Assembly: GCA_963737635.1 (NCBI GenBank)
Contig: CAVTTL010000001.1
Location: 1,120,001-1,184,000, forward strand
DNA: 64,000 nucleotides
Direction of reading: 5' to 3'
DNA from: an uncultured Methanoregulaceae archaeon
Lineage (GTDB): Archaea > Halobacteriota > Methanomicrobia > Methanomicrobiales > Methanospirillaceae
Shown here: positions 22,197 through 32,752 of the stretch, in pieces
Layout of the letters: each line of letters opens with the position of its first letter
Position numbering within the stretch: position 1 is the first letter of the stretch
The notes under the pieces: model-generated
Told to the model about the DNA's origin: nothing
Databases searched by the model: none
What the model saw: only the letters and a program-made list of their open reading frames with translations
Made by a program: the position numbers and the translations under genes

Positions 22197-22758
22197 AGCA
22201 GATGTTATCGTCGGAATACAAAATAAAGGGATACACTGTAGAGATACATCGGCAATCCAGATCCGGTTTAGCCTGTACGAATGTTAATGCAGGAATTTTA
22301 ATATCCAGATTTCAGCTAACTATCCGGTTCGATATCCGAACTCACGCCATTCTGGTAATATATATCGCGAACTGGTTTACTCTGTTATCAGCCTTGGACG
22401 CGTTTAAAAACACCAACCAGGCAGGAGATTCTCAATAGTATGACAAATCTTAGTGATGTTGTACGGCAGGTTGAAACCGCCCTGTGCGACCCCCTCTATC
22501 CTCCCACTACTCAAGAACGTGAAGCGTATGTCCGCATTCTTCTTCAGGTTTGTATTGGCGTAGTGGAGGCCAAAGGGAGCCGGTGACCGGTTGGTTTCAT
22601 TGTTCCGACAGGCACCGTTTACCTGTTTCAACAAGGTACGTACAAGCACAGGTAATTATTCCTGCAATCCGGATTATTCCTCTATTGAACATTTCTTACC
22701 GCAGTTGCGTAAACCCTATAATATATCAGAATAAGAGAGAGGAACCGGCGTTATATCT

Positions 22759-24129
22759 ATGACTATCCAGAGGAGTACCAGTTGCGATGAGATTACATCC
22801 GAAGAGGTTGCTTCGGGGGTCCGGGCACTTATGCCTGATATTATCGAGGATCTCAAATGTCTTATCCGTCACCCATCCGTAGCCTTTCCTGATTATTCCG
22901 AAGAACCGGTCATCACGATGGCAGATGCGACGGTTGCGGTGCTGAGGAAGTACGGGCTTCCTGATGCCCACCTTATAGATATCCCGGGGGGATATCCGGC
23001 GGTTTTCGCTGAAATCCCAGCTCCGCCCGGAATGCCGACCGTTCTGATGTACGCTCATTACGACGTCCAGCCAGCACGAAAAGAGGATGGCTGGGAGACC
23101 GATCCCTGGGAACCGGTGGAAAATGAAGGCCGTCTTTATGGACGCGGCGCGGCTGATGATAAATCGGGAATTATGCTCATCGCATCATCCATCGGAATTT
23201 TCCAGGGAAAACCTCCTGTGGGGGTGAAGATCCTTATAGAAGGTGAAGAAGAAACAACAAGTCACCTTGAGGATTTCGTTGCCGCATGCCCAGATCTTTT
23301 CTCATGTGATGCGTTTATCATTGCCGATAATGGCAACCTCTCTGTGGGAAAACCGGCGCTTACAACAACCCTCCGGGGGGAGGTTTCATGTATCGTTGAG
23401 ATCAGAACACTCGACCATGCAGTACATTCCGGCATGTTTGGGGGAGCTGCACCTGACGCACTGGTTGTCATGATAAAGATCCTTGCCACGCTCCATGATG
23501 CCAAGGGCGATGTGGCTGTAAAGGGTCTCCGTTCGGATGCCTCCGGGTCGGAAGGATTTTCTGTTGAAAGCTACCGGGATAGTGCCGGGGTGCTTGACGG
23601 CGTAGACCTTATCGGTACTGGTCCGCTTGGTGATCGATTGTGGTCCCGGCCCTCGGTGACGGTGATCGGCATCGATGCGCCTTCAATAAAGGCAGCCGCA
23701 AATATCCTGATTCCTCAGGCAGCGGCGAAGATCAGCATGCGTATCGCCCCGGATGCGGACGCGGGGCACGAGCTGCAGGTTTTAATGGATCACCTTCGTG
23801 CAGCAGCACCGTGGAATGTCCATGTTGAGATTCGGGAAATTGGCTATTCGGCAGGTTTTACCTGCCCGACCGGTGGCCCCGGTTATATGGCGGCAAGAAG
23901 CGCACTGGAAACTGCCTTTAAACAACCCGTCTTCGAAAAGGGGACCGGCGGTTCGATCCCCTTGCTTCGGGTGCTGCACAATGCTGTGCCCCATGCTGAG
24001 TTCATCCTCTGGGGTGCCGAAGACGCTGCGGGTTCGCGCATCCATGGAACAAACGAAAGCGTGGATATCGGTGACCTCGAGAAAATTATTGTAGCCCAAA
24101 GCCTGTTCCTTTCGCTGCTTAAAAAGTGA
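22759..24129 (+). CDS. M20 family dipeptidase
   Basis: YAHYDVQP, GRGAADDKSG, EGEEE, IHGTNE. Confidence 0.92.
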   Translation: MTIQRSTSCDEITSEEVASGVRALMPDIIEDLKCLIRHPSVAFPDYSEEPVITMADATVAVLRKYGLPDAHLIDIPGGYPAVFAEIPAPPGMPTVLMYAHYDVQPARKEDGWETDPWEPVENEGRLYGRGAADDKSGIMLIASSIGIFQGKPPVGVKILIEGEEETTSHLEDFVAACPDLFSCDAFIIADNGNLSVGKPALTTTLRGEVSCIVEIRTLDHAVHSGMFGGAAPDALVVMIKILATLHDAKGDVAVKGLRSDASGSEGFSVESYRDSAGVLDGVDLIGTGPLGDRLWSRPSVTVIGIDAPSIKAAANILIPQAAAKISMRIAPDADAGHELQVLMDHLRAAAPWNVHVEIREIGYSAGFTCPTGGPGYMAARSALETAFKQPVFEKGTGGSIPLLRVLHNAVPHAEFILWGAEDAAGSRIHGTNESVDIGDLEKIIVAQSLFLSLLKK

Positions 24130-24207
24130 CGATAATCCTTCGTCTCAGGAAACTCGAGCGGGAAGCGCCTCTCAGTTTCAGGTAATCGGAGGTTCCGGTG
24201 CTTTATT

Positions 24208-24933
24208 CTAGGTGTACCGGAGCAGGAACAGGCCGTACACCACAAAGACAATGCCGATTATTACGGATGTGATCAGGGAATGGAATGACTGTGCCGGCAC
24301 TGCGAATCCCCCGAGCGTAACGAGCGAAGTAAAATCAAAAAGGGCGTGAATACCGACAAGGGGCCAAATACTCCCCGTCCTGAGACGGAGTGCCGATAAG
24401 GTAATGCCTATGCCGAATGCAGCAATGCTATCAACGATCGCAAAAGTGGGATCCCATGTGCCACCAAGAGTATTGAGCAGATGAGGCGCTGCAAAGAAAA
24501 AGGAGCTGATCCCTACAGCACTGAGCACACCCGTAGGGAGGAGCGTGGTGAGGATCAGGCCGCGGAAATACGTTTCCTCTGCTAATCCTACTACGAGCGT
24601 AAGGACCGCAAACTCAAGGATACTCACAGGTGCAGTTACCCGGATCTCCCCGAAAAGAGACAAAAGAGCGATCGCACCAGGCAGAACGAAAAGGGGGACA
24701 TCTGCCCAGCGGACTCCTGTGGTGTAGCCGGCTTTCTCCCGCCAGCCAAGATGCCAGACAAGAAAAATTCCGGTGAAGGCTAAAACTGAATCGCCGACTG
24801 CCACCTGGGTGAGTGTTCCCATCAAGAATATTTCGTTGATTGCTCCGATCCCAAGGACCACGCCAATGACGATCCCAAGGAAACCGGTGGCACTGATATA
24901 TGGGTGTCCGGCCGTGAATCGTTGGAGTGTCAT
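24208..24933 (-). CDS. CPBP (CAAX/Abi) intramembrane metalloprotease
   Basis: EETYFRG, FAAPH, HALFD motifs. Confidence 0.9.
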   Translation of the reverse strand: MTLQRFTAGHPYISATGFLGIVIGVVLGIGAINEIFLMGTLTQVAVGDSVLAFTGIFLVWHLGWREKAGYTTGVRWADVPLFVLPGAIALLSLFGEIRVTAPVSILEFAVLTLVVGLAEETYFRGLILTTLLPTGVLSAVGISSFFFAAPHLLNTLGGTWDPTFAIVDSIAAFGIGITLSALRLRTGSIWPLVGIHALFDFTSLVTLGGFAVPAQSFHSLITSVIIGIVFVVYGLFLLRYT

Positions 24934-25296
24934 GAATAGCCGGTTCCTAATAATCTTTCAACTATAAAGGAGTTATTCGATATGCTCTCGTGAAAAGGTT
25001 GCGGGATGTGCTTGGGGTCGTACGGATTCGCGGCTCTTTTTGTCTCACTATACATCAGATTTTTCGCGCGCCCGGCCGATCCGGCCCTGTTCGAAAGCAG
25101 AATCTGTCAATAAAACAGCCGGATTATTCCTGCACTAAAACAGCTCCGATTGGCAGATGGGACAGTCCGGAACGATTACACCGTATGGCACAACCGCACG
25201 GACGACCGGAATTTACCGGGACGGTAACGACCCTTAAATGAATCGGGCGGGAATATTCGATCAGACGGCTCATGCCGGAACAGGGAGGAAAATGAG

Positions 25297-26311
25297 ATGA
25301 ACCCCAAAATTGGCGTGCTCCTCGCGCTGGTGGCGCTGGGACTGCTTTGCGCGATCGGGCCCGCCGCAGCGGACAGCACCACCAACACGCAGGGAATGCA
25401 GTACGATATTCAGCCGTACAACGGGCCCATTGGCCCGGACAGACTCGCTCTACGGTCTCAAAATCGCCTTTGAAAATCTCGGTGATGCATTCATTTTTAA
25501 TCGAAGCGAACAGCTTCAACAAGAGATCAACCATTCTGATACCCGCCTTGGCGAGCTGGAAAGTGCGCTGGCCGCAAACAGGACCGATGCCGCTGACCGG
25601 GCACTGAACCAGTACTGGCAGGATATGAACCAGACTGAACAGACATTGTCTTGGTTCAATAATACCAGCTCAATGCCGGAATTTAATGGTACGTTTAATG
25701 GCACTGGCACAATGCCGGAGTTTAACGGGAACTATAACGGTACAGGGTACTCTGATAGGCTCAACTGGACCGGGTACACTCCGGCGCCCATTGACCCGGA
25801 CCTTGTCCACGCACAACAGATGATCCTCCTGCACCAAGAAGTCCTTGAAAACCTCCTGAACTCGCATCCCGATAACCAGGGCCTCACGCAGGCGTATAAT
25901 AAAAACCGGGATTTGGAGCAGAGGTTTGAGCAGAAGACCCAGCTGCAATTCGATCTCCTTCGTGATGCAGAGAACAGACCCATATTCCGTCCAGTACTCT
26001 TGAGTGCCATCGCCCAGAACCGGACTCTCCCGGTATATTCATGGAACAAGCCCGGCCCTGCCGCGAACAGGGTGGCTCCGATGGCAAGAAACCAGACTTG
26101 GGACACCTCCACGCATCCGGGAAACGGGCAGTATCACGGGCAGGTAAACCAGTCAGGGCAGGACCAGCAGCGGCAGGATCTCCAGGTAAACCCCGGCCAT
26201 GACCAGAACCCCGCCAACAGGCAGAGGAACAGCAACGGGAATGAGAGCGACAATGCATATATCAACCGGAGCACTTATGGGAACCGGGATTTCCGGTTCT
26301 ACAACCCGTAA
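25297..26311 (+). CDS. Secreted DUF5667-like protein; extra base G25442 separates the signal peptide from the rest
   Basis: GGGAGG then ATG 25297 MNPKIGVLLALVALG...; restored PYNGPIGPDNSLYGLKIAFENL; N/Q-rich tail. Confidence 0.7.
25672..25746 (+). repeat. 39-bp tandem coding repeat (MPEFNG.[FY]NGTG x2)
   Basis: atgccggaatttaatgg.. / atgccggagtttaacgg.. Confidence 0.7.
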
Positions 26312-26400
26312 CACTGTTATTGGATTCGTAGCTGGCACTCCACTGCCGGTTGCGTATTTTTTAATACAGTGTGGAATAACGATCAACAAAAGGGTACATC

Positions 26401-27351
26401 ATGGATACGCTGAAACGGTACGTGGCCACCATTATCATTCTGCTCCTGCTCTGTACCCTGCAGCTTGCAGAGGCTGCATCCACCCCGGAGTACGCAACAA
26501 CCTATACGATCACCCTGCAACCAGATGGTTCAGCGCTCTGGTCCGTGGAGTACCGCACCCCTCTTGCAACCGGTGACGATCTCGATAATTTCCAAAACTA
26601 CTCAACCGACTTAAACTCCATCTACCTTCCTCAGCTTGAAGACCTGATGCAGCATTCCGCCGCAGAGGCAGCTGCCGGTACTTCTCGGCCAATGGAAGCG
26701 GTCAATTTTTCCGGGAACACCGTCATCCAGTCATCCCCGACCGGAAAATTCGGGGTGGTGACGTACACGTTTACGTGGACGAACTTCTCCGTTCCCGGAG
26801 GGAGCCTCACTACTGGCGACGCATTTGCCGGCGGGCTGTACCTGGACAAAGATTCGACGCTGGTCATCCGGTACCCGAACGGCTATACGGTCACGTCCGC
26901 AGACCCTGCCCCTGACCAGCAGTCAGACAACAGCCTCGTATGGTACGGCGAGCGGGAGTTCGGTGCCGGGGAACCACAAGTTGTGCTCGCGGCACCGGCA
27001 TTCCCGATGCTACCTCTCCTTATCTCCATTATAGTCGTTATCATCGGAGTAGTTGGGTTCATAGCATACCGGAAGTGGAGACCGGTATCTGGGCCGGAGG
27101 AAGCAGCTGGCGCGTCTGAAGATCCGCCACTCTCGCTGTCTGAATCAGATCTGGCGAGCCTCGAAGACCGGATCCTCCGGCTGCTAAGGGCGAACAATGG
27201 CGAACAGTTCCAGTCTGAGATTGTAAAAGAACTAGGTCTGCCAAAATCGACCGTGAGCTCCACACTCAACGATCTCCACCAACAGGGGATCATTCAGAAG
27301 ATAAAAAAAGGCCGGGAAAACCTCATCCGGATCATTGGTGAGAGCAAGTAA
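26401..27351 (+). CDS. Membrane-anchored wHTH regulator (signal peptide, extracellular domain, TM, C-terminal wHTH; COG2512-like)
   Basis: C-terminal QSEIVKELGLPKSTVSSTLNDL..KKGREN after a TM segment. Confidence 0.8.
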   Translation: MDTLKRYVATIIILLLLCTLQLAEAASTPEYATTYTITLQPDGSALWSVEYRTPLATGDDLDNFQNYSTDLNSIYLPQLEDLMQHSAAEAAAGTSRPMEAVNFSGNTVIQSSPTGKFGVVTYTFTWTNFSVPGGSLTTGDAFAGGLYLDKDSTLVIRYPNGYTVTSADPAPDQQSDNSLVWYGEREFGAGEPQVVLAAPAFPMLPLLISIIVVIIGVVGFIAYRKWRPVSGPEEAAGASEDPPLSLSESDLASLEDRILRLLRANNGEQFQSEIVKELGLPKSTVSSTLNDLHQQGIIQKIKKGRENLIRIIGESK

Positions 27352-27401
27352 TTCCTGGTTGAGCGGCCGCGGTAGGTTTTGCAAGATACGGTACAGTCTC
27401 A

Positions 27402-28544
27402 TTATTTCCCGAAATATTCCGTCACTTTTTTCAGATTATAGCGGATCGGCAGGTTCTGAGGACATTTCCCCTCGCATTCTCCGCATTCCTGGCAGCACGA
27501 AGCGTAATGGGGGATGCCATCGAAGAAACCCCCGAGGAACATTGAATAATGCTGCCGTGCATCCTCATCGTCCTCATAAATGTGCCCACGGTTGTACATC
27601 TCGAAGCACTCCGGGATGCTTACGCCGTGTGGGCAGGGTACACAGTACCTGCAGCCGGTGCAGGGGATGATGATCCGCTTTTGCAGCTCTTTTTTCACTT
27701 TCCCAAACAGGGAGAGCTCTTTTTTTGTAAGCGAATGAGGCAATCCGGTTTCTGCGAGAGTGACATTCTGCCTGACCTGCTCCGGGCGTGACATGCCGGA
27801 GAGAACGACCGTTACTTCCGGGTGGTTCCAGACCCAGCGGAGCGCCCATTCAGCGGGGTCGTGATGGGTTTCTGCCTTTTGCCAGATCTCCGAGATCCCT
27901 TTGAGATCTCTTGCGAGCAAACCGCCACGGATAGGTTCCATGACTACGATGCCCAATCCTTTCTTTGCCGCATATTCCAGCCCCTTTGTGCCAGCCTGGT
28001 ACTGTTCATCCATGAAGTTGTACTGGATCTGGGTAAATGTCCAGTTGTAACTGTCCACGATCTCCTTGAAGAGCGCTGTATTGTCATGGAACGAAAAGCC
28101 GGCATACCGTATCCGACCGTCAGCGATGGCATCATCAAGAAACTCAGTGACATTGAGCCCAGAGAGATTCTCCCAAAACGGGCCGTTGAGCCCATGCACA
28201 AGATAGAAATCAATATGGTCTGTCCTGAGACGGCTGAGTTGTTCGTTGAGGTACTTATCCATATCCTGCCGTGAGCTGACAAGCCAGCTCGGAAGCTTTG
28301 TGGCAAGGCTCACCCTTTCGCGGTACCCTCCGGCAAGGACCCGGCCGACAAACGGTTCGCTTTCACCATTATGGTAGGGATAGGCAGTATCAACGTAATT
28401 TACACCGTGGTCGATTGCGTACCTGAGCATCCCGGTTGCCTGTTCTTCGTCAATCTGCCCGGCAGTGGTCACCGGGAACCGCATACATCCGAACCCGAGA
28501 ATGGAAAGTTCCGGATCGGCCTTGTTCATTTTCCTGTAGAGCAT
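27402..28544 (-). CDS. Aldo/keto reductase with C-terminal 4Fe-4S dicluster
   Basis: GFGCMR, DTAYPY, C..C..C..CP and C..C..C...CP. Confidence 0.92.
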   Translation of the reverse strand: MLYRKMNKADPELSILGFGCMRFPVTTAGQIDEEQATGMLRYAIDHGVNYVDTAYPYHNGESEPFVGRVLAGGYRERVSLATKLPSWLVSSRQDMDKYLNEQLSRLRTDHIDFYLVHGLNGPFWENLSGLNVTEFLDDAIADGRIRYAGFSFHDNTALFKEIVDSYNWTFTQIQYNFMDEQYQAGTKGLEYAAKKGLGIVVMEPIRGGLLARDLKGISEIWQKAETHHDPAEWALRWVWNHPEVTVVLSGMSRPEQVRQNVTLAETGLPHSLTKKELSLFGKVKKELQKRIIIPCTGCRYCVPCPHGVSIPECFEMYNRGHIYEDDEDARQHYSMFLGGFFDGIPHYASCCQECGECEGKCPQNLPIRYNLKKVTEYFGK

Positions 28545-28882
28545 TGTCTGTCACCAATATCAATAATCCAGAATGCAGGTGGGATATAGCATAAATTCTT
28601 GCATCGGCATCCGGCCCTGATTCGTAGCTGATTGTATTATTCGTAAATTTTATAGAGATCCACCCGGCAATGCACAAGTACGATTCAAAAATCTATGAAA
28701 ATGGTGAGTAGTAATGGACAATCTGTTAAAGATTATTGAGGAGCGGTACCCGGTCAGAGGGGTTTTCCTACATAGATCGGTGTAGATACTAATTACACTT
28801 AAAAAAGAAGAGATCTATTAACATCGGCAGTAGATCTGATATTTTTAAGATATGAAATATTATTTATCAACTATTGAAAACA

Positions 28883-29308
28883 TTAGTCTGGATCTTTTTT
28901 GAATGTCAAGTCAATCCAATTGATAATCTGATCCCTCAACTGACGGAATTCTCCGCGGATTTCTTCTTGGGATCCGGTAAATCCCGATGGATCTGGGAAA
29001 TTCTGGTTAATCACTTCGTCCGCACCAGGGAAAAACGGGCAGACTTTGTTTGCCGCATCGCATACCGTTACTACTATCTGTATACCTTTTCCGAAGAATT
29101 CGTCGACAAGTTTTGACCTGTATCCGGAGATATCTATCCCGATCTCTTTCATCACTTCGATAGCCATTGGGTTGACCCGGGAAGCTTCAATCCCTCCGCT
29201 GAACACTTCATAGCGATCCCCGTATTTAGATCTCATGTATCCTTCTGCTATCTGAGATCGGGTGGCATTATGCATGCAAATAAAAAGGATTTTTTTCTTT
29301 TCTGGCAT
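28883..29308 (-). CDS. arsC: Arsenate reductase ArsC (LMW-PTPase fold)
   Basis: CMHNATRS P-loop, VTVCD..CP, FPDP. Confidence 0.85.
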   Translation of the reverse strand: MPEKKKILFICMHNATRSQIAEGYMRSKYGDRYEVFSGGIEASRVNPMAIEVMKEIGIDISGYRSKLVDEFFGKGIQIVVTVCDAANKVCPFFPGADEVINQNFPDPSGFTGSQEEIRGEFRQLRDQIINWIDLTFKKDPD

Positions 29309-29466
29309 TGGTCATCACATCATATCACTGATGATTCTTTTCATAACGTGGGAGCCACATATTCTTAACGTGCCCCATCATAAATGCAAATCATTCTTGG
29401 CCATCATTATTTGGTAAATGTTTTTTCCCTGCGCAACCTTGGCCCATTGGATTCTTAAGGGATAGT

Positions 29467-29880
29467 TTATCTTTTCCAGACCTCCAAGCTCGACATGTTC
29501 CGGCCATGGTAAGTGATCTCGGATGCTGTGAATACCAGAACCACGAAATCTGGATTGTCCGCCGATTTGAAATACTGTTCAAACATCGGGTTCCAATATT
29601 TTTTCTTGGTAGGAATGTCCTCGTGGACCTTTCCCTTTGCCTTGATCTCTACATATGGGTCGGAGAACTCTTTTCCCGACCAGATTGAAATAGCAGCATC
29701 GGGGTTTTTTACAAGTTGTTCAACTTTCTTGGAACTCTTCATGGTTCCCCCGACGAGGGTCATGTCAGGAAAACCGGCCAGCACCATGAATCGCACTGCA
29801 GGCATTTTCCCATCAAGAGTGGCAACGGCTGCCGGGTGTTGTTCGCCTATTACTTCGAGGATATTCTCCTTGAGTGACAT
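29467..29880 (-). CDS. Pyridoxamine-5'-phosphate oxidase-like / general stress protein 26 family
   Basis: P.VRFM..T...S.KVEQL..NP, YWNP..F...DNP. Confidence 0.75.
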   Translation of the reverse strand: MSLKENILEVIGEQHPAAVATLDGKMPAVRFMVLAGFPDMTLVGGTMKSSKKVEQLVKNPDAAISIWSGKEFSDPYVEIKAKGKVHEDIPTKKKYWNPMFEQYFKSADNPDFVVLVFTASEITYHGRNMSSLEVWKR

Positions 29881-29967
29881 AGTGCCCTTATAAATATTTC
29901 ATCTATGATAAAAGTTATGATAGAGGAAACATTTCTGTCTCTTTTTGTCATCATTCAGCCTACCCAG

Positions 29968-30018
29968 TGTTTCAAAATATGTTTCAAATTCTGATTTTCG
30001 GGAAAGGGTCTTTAAAAA
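29968..30018 (+). promoter_or_regulatory. Stress-regulon promoter module 1 (upstream of cheW-like/ccdA/dipZ/msrA)
   Basis: tgtttcaaaata tgtttcaaattctgattttcgggaaagggtc TTTAAAAA. Confidence 0.8.
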
Positions 30019-30138
30019 TTTCCTTTAATACGGGTCTGGTGAAGATTTCCTGTCATGAAGGATTTCCTCATGCTCTTTTGGGAGCGTTGAGGAGTACTCC
30101 CTGCATGGCAACAGAATTGACATCCGAGGATTGAGAGT

Positions 30139-30732
30139 ATGGATCTTGTTACCTGTGAAAAAAATCCTGGTTATCCCGGAGATTTTCCACTCAGGGAAGA
30201 AAATGCACCGCTAGTAGAAACTCTGCAGTTGCTCGTTTTCGCTATTGAAAGGAAGTATTTTGCCATCGATCTCACGGAAGTAAGAGATATTGTCAGAGAA
30301 GCACGCATGAAACATCCGGATAGCGTCAAACCGTCAATAGTTAGAGGAATTATCCGGAGAAACCGGAGAAATACGATCGTTATTAATTTGAACCGCTGCC
30401 TCAGAATCCAGTGGGGATTTGACATCGATGAGAGGAACACTGGGATCCTCGTGCTCGATGAAAAAGTAGGGGATTCAACTCTGGGAATACTAGTAACCGG
30501 AATTTCGTCGATCGTGACCGTAAAATATTCCCGATTAAAGTCGGATCCAGTTCACGCAGGAAAAGACATTCTACCGATCCATGGTGTCATCAGAAAAACC
30601 GGATCCGGCATTTTCTCAGGAAATGGGAGCCCCATAATCTGGATAGATCTCCGGAGCCTGGTAAACAATTGCAGTTCTGGCGATCTCTTTGCCGACGGAG
30701 AGTCGGAGCTCGTGAGAATTGCAGATTTATAG
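30139..30732 (+). CDS. Divergent CheW-like domain protein
   Basis: QLLVF.....FAIDL.EVRDIV, VRGII..R..TIVINL, LGILV..I. Confidence 0.7.
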   Translation: MDLVTCEKNPGYPGDFPLREENAPLVETLQLLVFAIERKYFAIDLTEVRDIVREARMKHPDSVKPSIVRGIIRRNRRNTIVINLNRCLRIQWGFDIDERNTGILVLDEKVGDSTLGILVTGISSIVTVKYSRLKSDPVHAGKDILPIHGVIRKTGSGIFSGNGSPIIWIDLRSLVNNCSSGDLFADGESELVRIADL

Positions 30733-30911
30733 AATCAAGATAAAATGGCGCTCTTTGCGTCACACCGGAAAAGGATCAGAGGAAACAATTGATGAACATG
30801 AGTCAGGAAATTGTAGAAGATAATCGATGTTAAAGAGACAAAAACAGGAAGTTTCAATGGCATAACAGGAATTGCTCTCAAAAATTATCCCGGAAATGTC
30901 AGGGTAGGATC

Positions 30912-31622
30912 ATGATCGCAGTATCTTATATTGTAGCATTTATCGCAGGAATCGTCTCGTTTCTTGCGCCATGTGTTTTACCTTTAGTTCCCGGATTCCT
31001 CATCTATCTCGCAGGAACTTCCGCAAAGGAGGGATCCGGGAAGCGTTGGGACATTGTCCTCGCAAGTATCCTCTTTGTCGCCGGTTTCTCGCTTGTCTTC
31101 TCCCTCCTTGGAGTGCTCCTGAACACGATACTGACTTCAGTCTCAAATGGAGTGCAGCTCTGGTTGTCAAGAGCCGGGGGACTAATCATCATATTTTTTG
31201 GTCTTTATCTGGTCGGGTTGATCCGGATCAGCTGGCTTGAGCAGGAACATAAGTTCAGTGTTACCGGGATAAAATCGAAGTATCTTACATCTTTTGTTTT
31301 CGGGGTCGCATTTGCCGCCGGGTGGACCCCCTGCGTAGGTGCGGCACTTGGAGCGATCCTTGGTCTGGCAGCAACTCAGCCGACGCTTGCGTTCACACTT
31401 CTTCTCGTGTACTCGGCAGGTCTGGGTGTGCCATTCATCATCACCGGCCTGTTCGCTTCCCAAGCCGTAGGCTGGATCAAAAAATACTCACGTGTGCTTC
31501 AGTACGTCAATATCGTTTTCGGTATTCTGCTCATCATCATCGGCATTTTGATCTTTACCCAGACACTCTCACTCATTGCAAACCTGCCGGCACTCAACGG
31601 ATACCTCCTCGGGAGTGGATAG
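30912..31622 (+). CDS. ccdA: CcdA/DsbD-like thiol-disulfide membrane transporter
   Basis: SFLAPCVLPLVP and GWTPCVG motifs. Confidence 0.9.
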   Translation: MIAVSYIVAFIAGIVSFLAPCVLPLVPGFLIYLAGTSAKEGSGKRWDIVLASILFVAGFSLVFSLLGVLLNTILTSVSNGVQLWLSRAGGLIIIFFGLYLVGLIRISWLEQEHKFSVTGIKSKYLTSFVFGVAFAAGWTPCVGAALGAILGLAATQPTLAFTLLLVYSAGLGVPFIITGLFASQAVGWIKKYSRVLQYVNIVFGILLIIIGILIFTQTLSLIANLPALNGYLLGSG

Positions 31623-31624
31623 AT

Positions 31625-32725
31625 ATGGAAAAAAGAACCCTTGCACTCATTGTGGCCCTTATTCTTATCGCCGCAGCAATTGTTGCTCTTTCCTCGCTTA
31701 GTCCGAACCGGACCTATACTGGTACGGCAGTTACGCCGGGAAACCGGACGGTAATTAACGAAGAAAAAGCAAAGATTTACCCTTACGCAAAAGAGATTGC
31801 CGAGCCATCAGGATTCGTGAACGTCGATAATATCACAATAGGAAGCCTGATAGGAAAGGATGTCATCCTTGTGGACTTCTGGACATATAGTTGCATTAAT
31901 TGCCAGCGGACGATCCCGTACCTGGACCTCTGGTACGAAAAATACCATGATCAGGGTCTCGAGATCATCGGTGTCCATACACCGGAGTTCCAGTTCGAGC
32001 ACGATATCAGCAACGTCAGGATGGCCGTCCAGAAATTTGGTATCCAGTACCCTGTCGTGCTTGACAACAACTATGCCACGTGGGACTCGTACGGGAACCA
32101 GTATTGGCCCGAGGATTATCTCATCGACATCGACGGTTTCATCGTGTATCATCATATCGGGGAAGGCGATTACAACGAGACCGAGGCAGAGATCCAGACC
32201 CTTTTGATGGAGAGGGCGGAGGCGCTCGGCATTAACGTGAGCATATCAAATACAACCGGGGTTCCGGTTAATGCAGTTTCGATAAACTTTTCAGACATCG
32301 GGAGCCCGGAAACTTACTTCGGTGCAGCAAGAAACCAATACCTGGCAAACGGGCAACCTTCCGTAACCGGGCTCCAGACGCTTGTGTTACCTTCGGCAAT
32401 ACAGCTCAACGCGCTGTACTTATCCGGGACGTGGAACTTTGCTGATCAGTATGCAGAAAATACTGGAAATGCACGTATCGTGTTCCAGTATAACGCAAAG
32501 AATGTATATTTCGTTGCCAATGCCGACAATGCCACCGACGTGAATGTCCTGTTGGATGGAAAACCAATTATTAACAATGCCGGCGCTGATGTCAGCAATA
32601 GTACCGTTACCATCAAAGTCGATCAGCTGTATTCTCTTGTTCAGGGTAGCGATTATGGGGTACATACTTTGGAACTCGACATTCCGGAACCAGGATTAAG
32701 AGCATACACGTTCACATTCGGATGA
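31625..32725 (+). CDS. Membrane-anchored thioredoxin with DipZ-type C-terminal domain
   Basis: VDFWTYSCINC, GVHTPEF, NQYWP..YLID, SPETY, AYTFTFG. Confidence 0.85.
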   Translation: MEKRTLALIVALILIAAAIVALSSLSPNRTYTGTAVTPGNRTVINEEKAKIYPYAKEIAEPSGFVNVDNITIGSLIGKDVILVDFWTYSCINCQRTIPYLDLWYEKYHDQGLEIIGVHTPEFQFEHDISNVRMAVQKFGIQYPVVLDNNYATWDSYGNQYWPEDYLIDIDGFIVYHHIGEGDYNETEAEIQTLLMERAEALGINVSISNTTGVPVNAVSINFSDIGSPETYFGAARNQYLANGQPSVTGLQTLVLPSAIQLNALYLSGTWNFADQYAENTGNARIVFQYNAKNVYFVANADNATDVNVLLDGKPIINNAGADVSNSTVTIKVDQLYSLVQGSDYGVHTLELDIPEPGLRAYTFTFG

Positions 32726-32752
32726 TCGCAAGAAGTCTTGAGGAGGAGAACC

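Noticed and set aside
22624-22660. Lone GTTTCAA-like hits (22624, 30850, 34410, 42351, 49239) as regulon sites
   Set aside because: They lack the 12-bp partner repeat and the BRE/TATA spacing
31322-31624. N-terminal extensions in the ORF track (31322, 36659, 42262, 25310, 15137)
   Set aside because: They overlap neighbouring genes or leaders; better downstream or alternative starts exist
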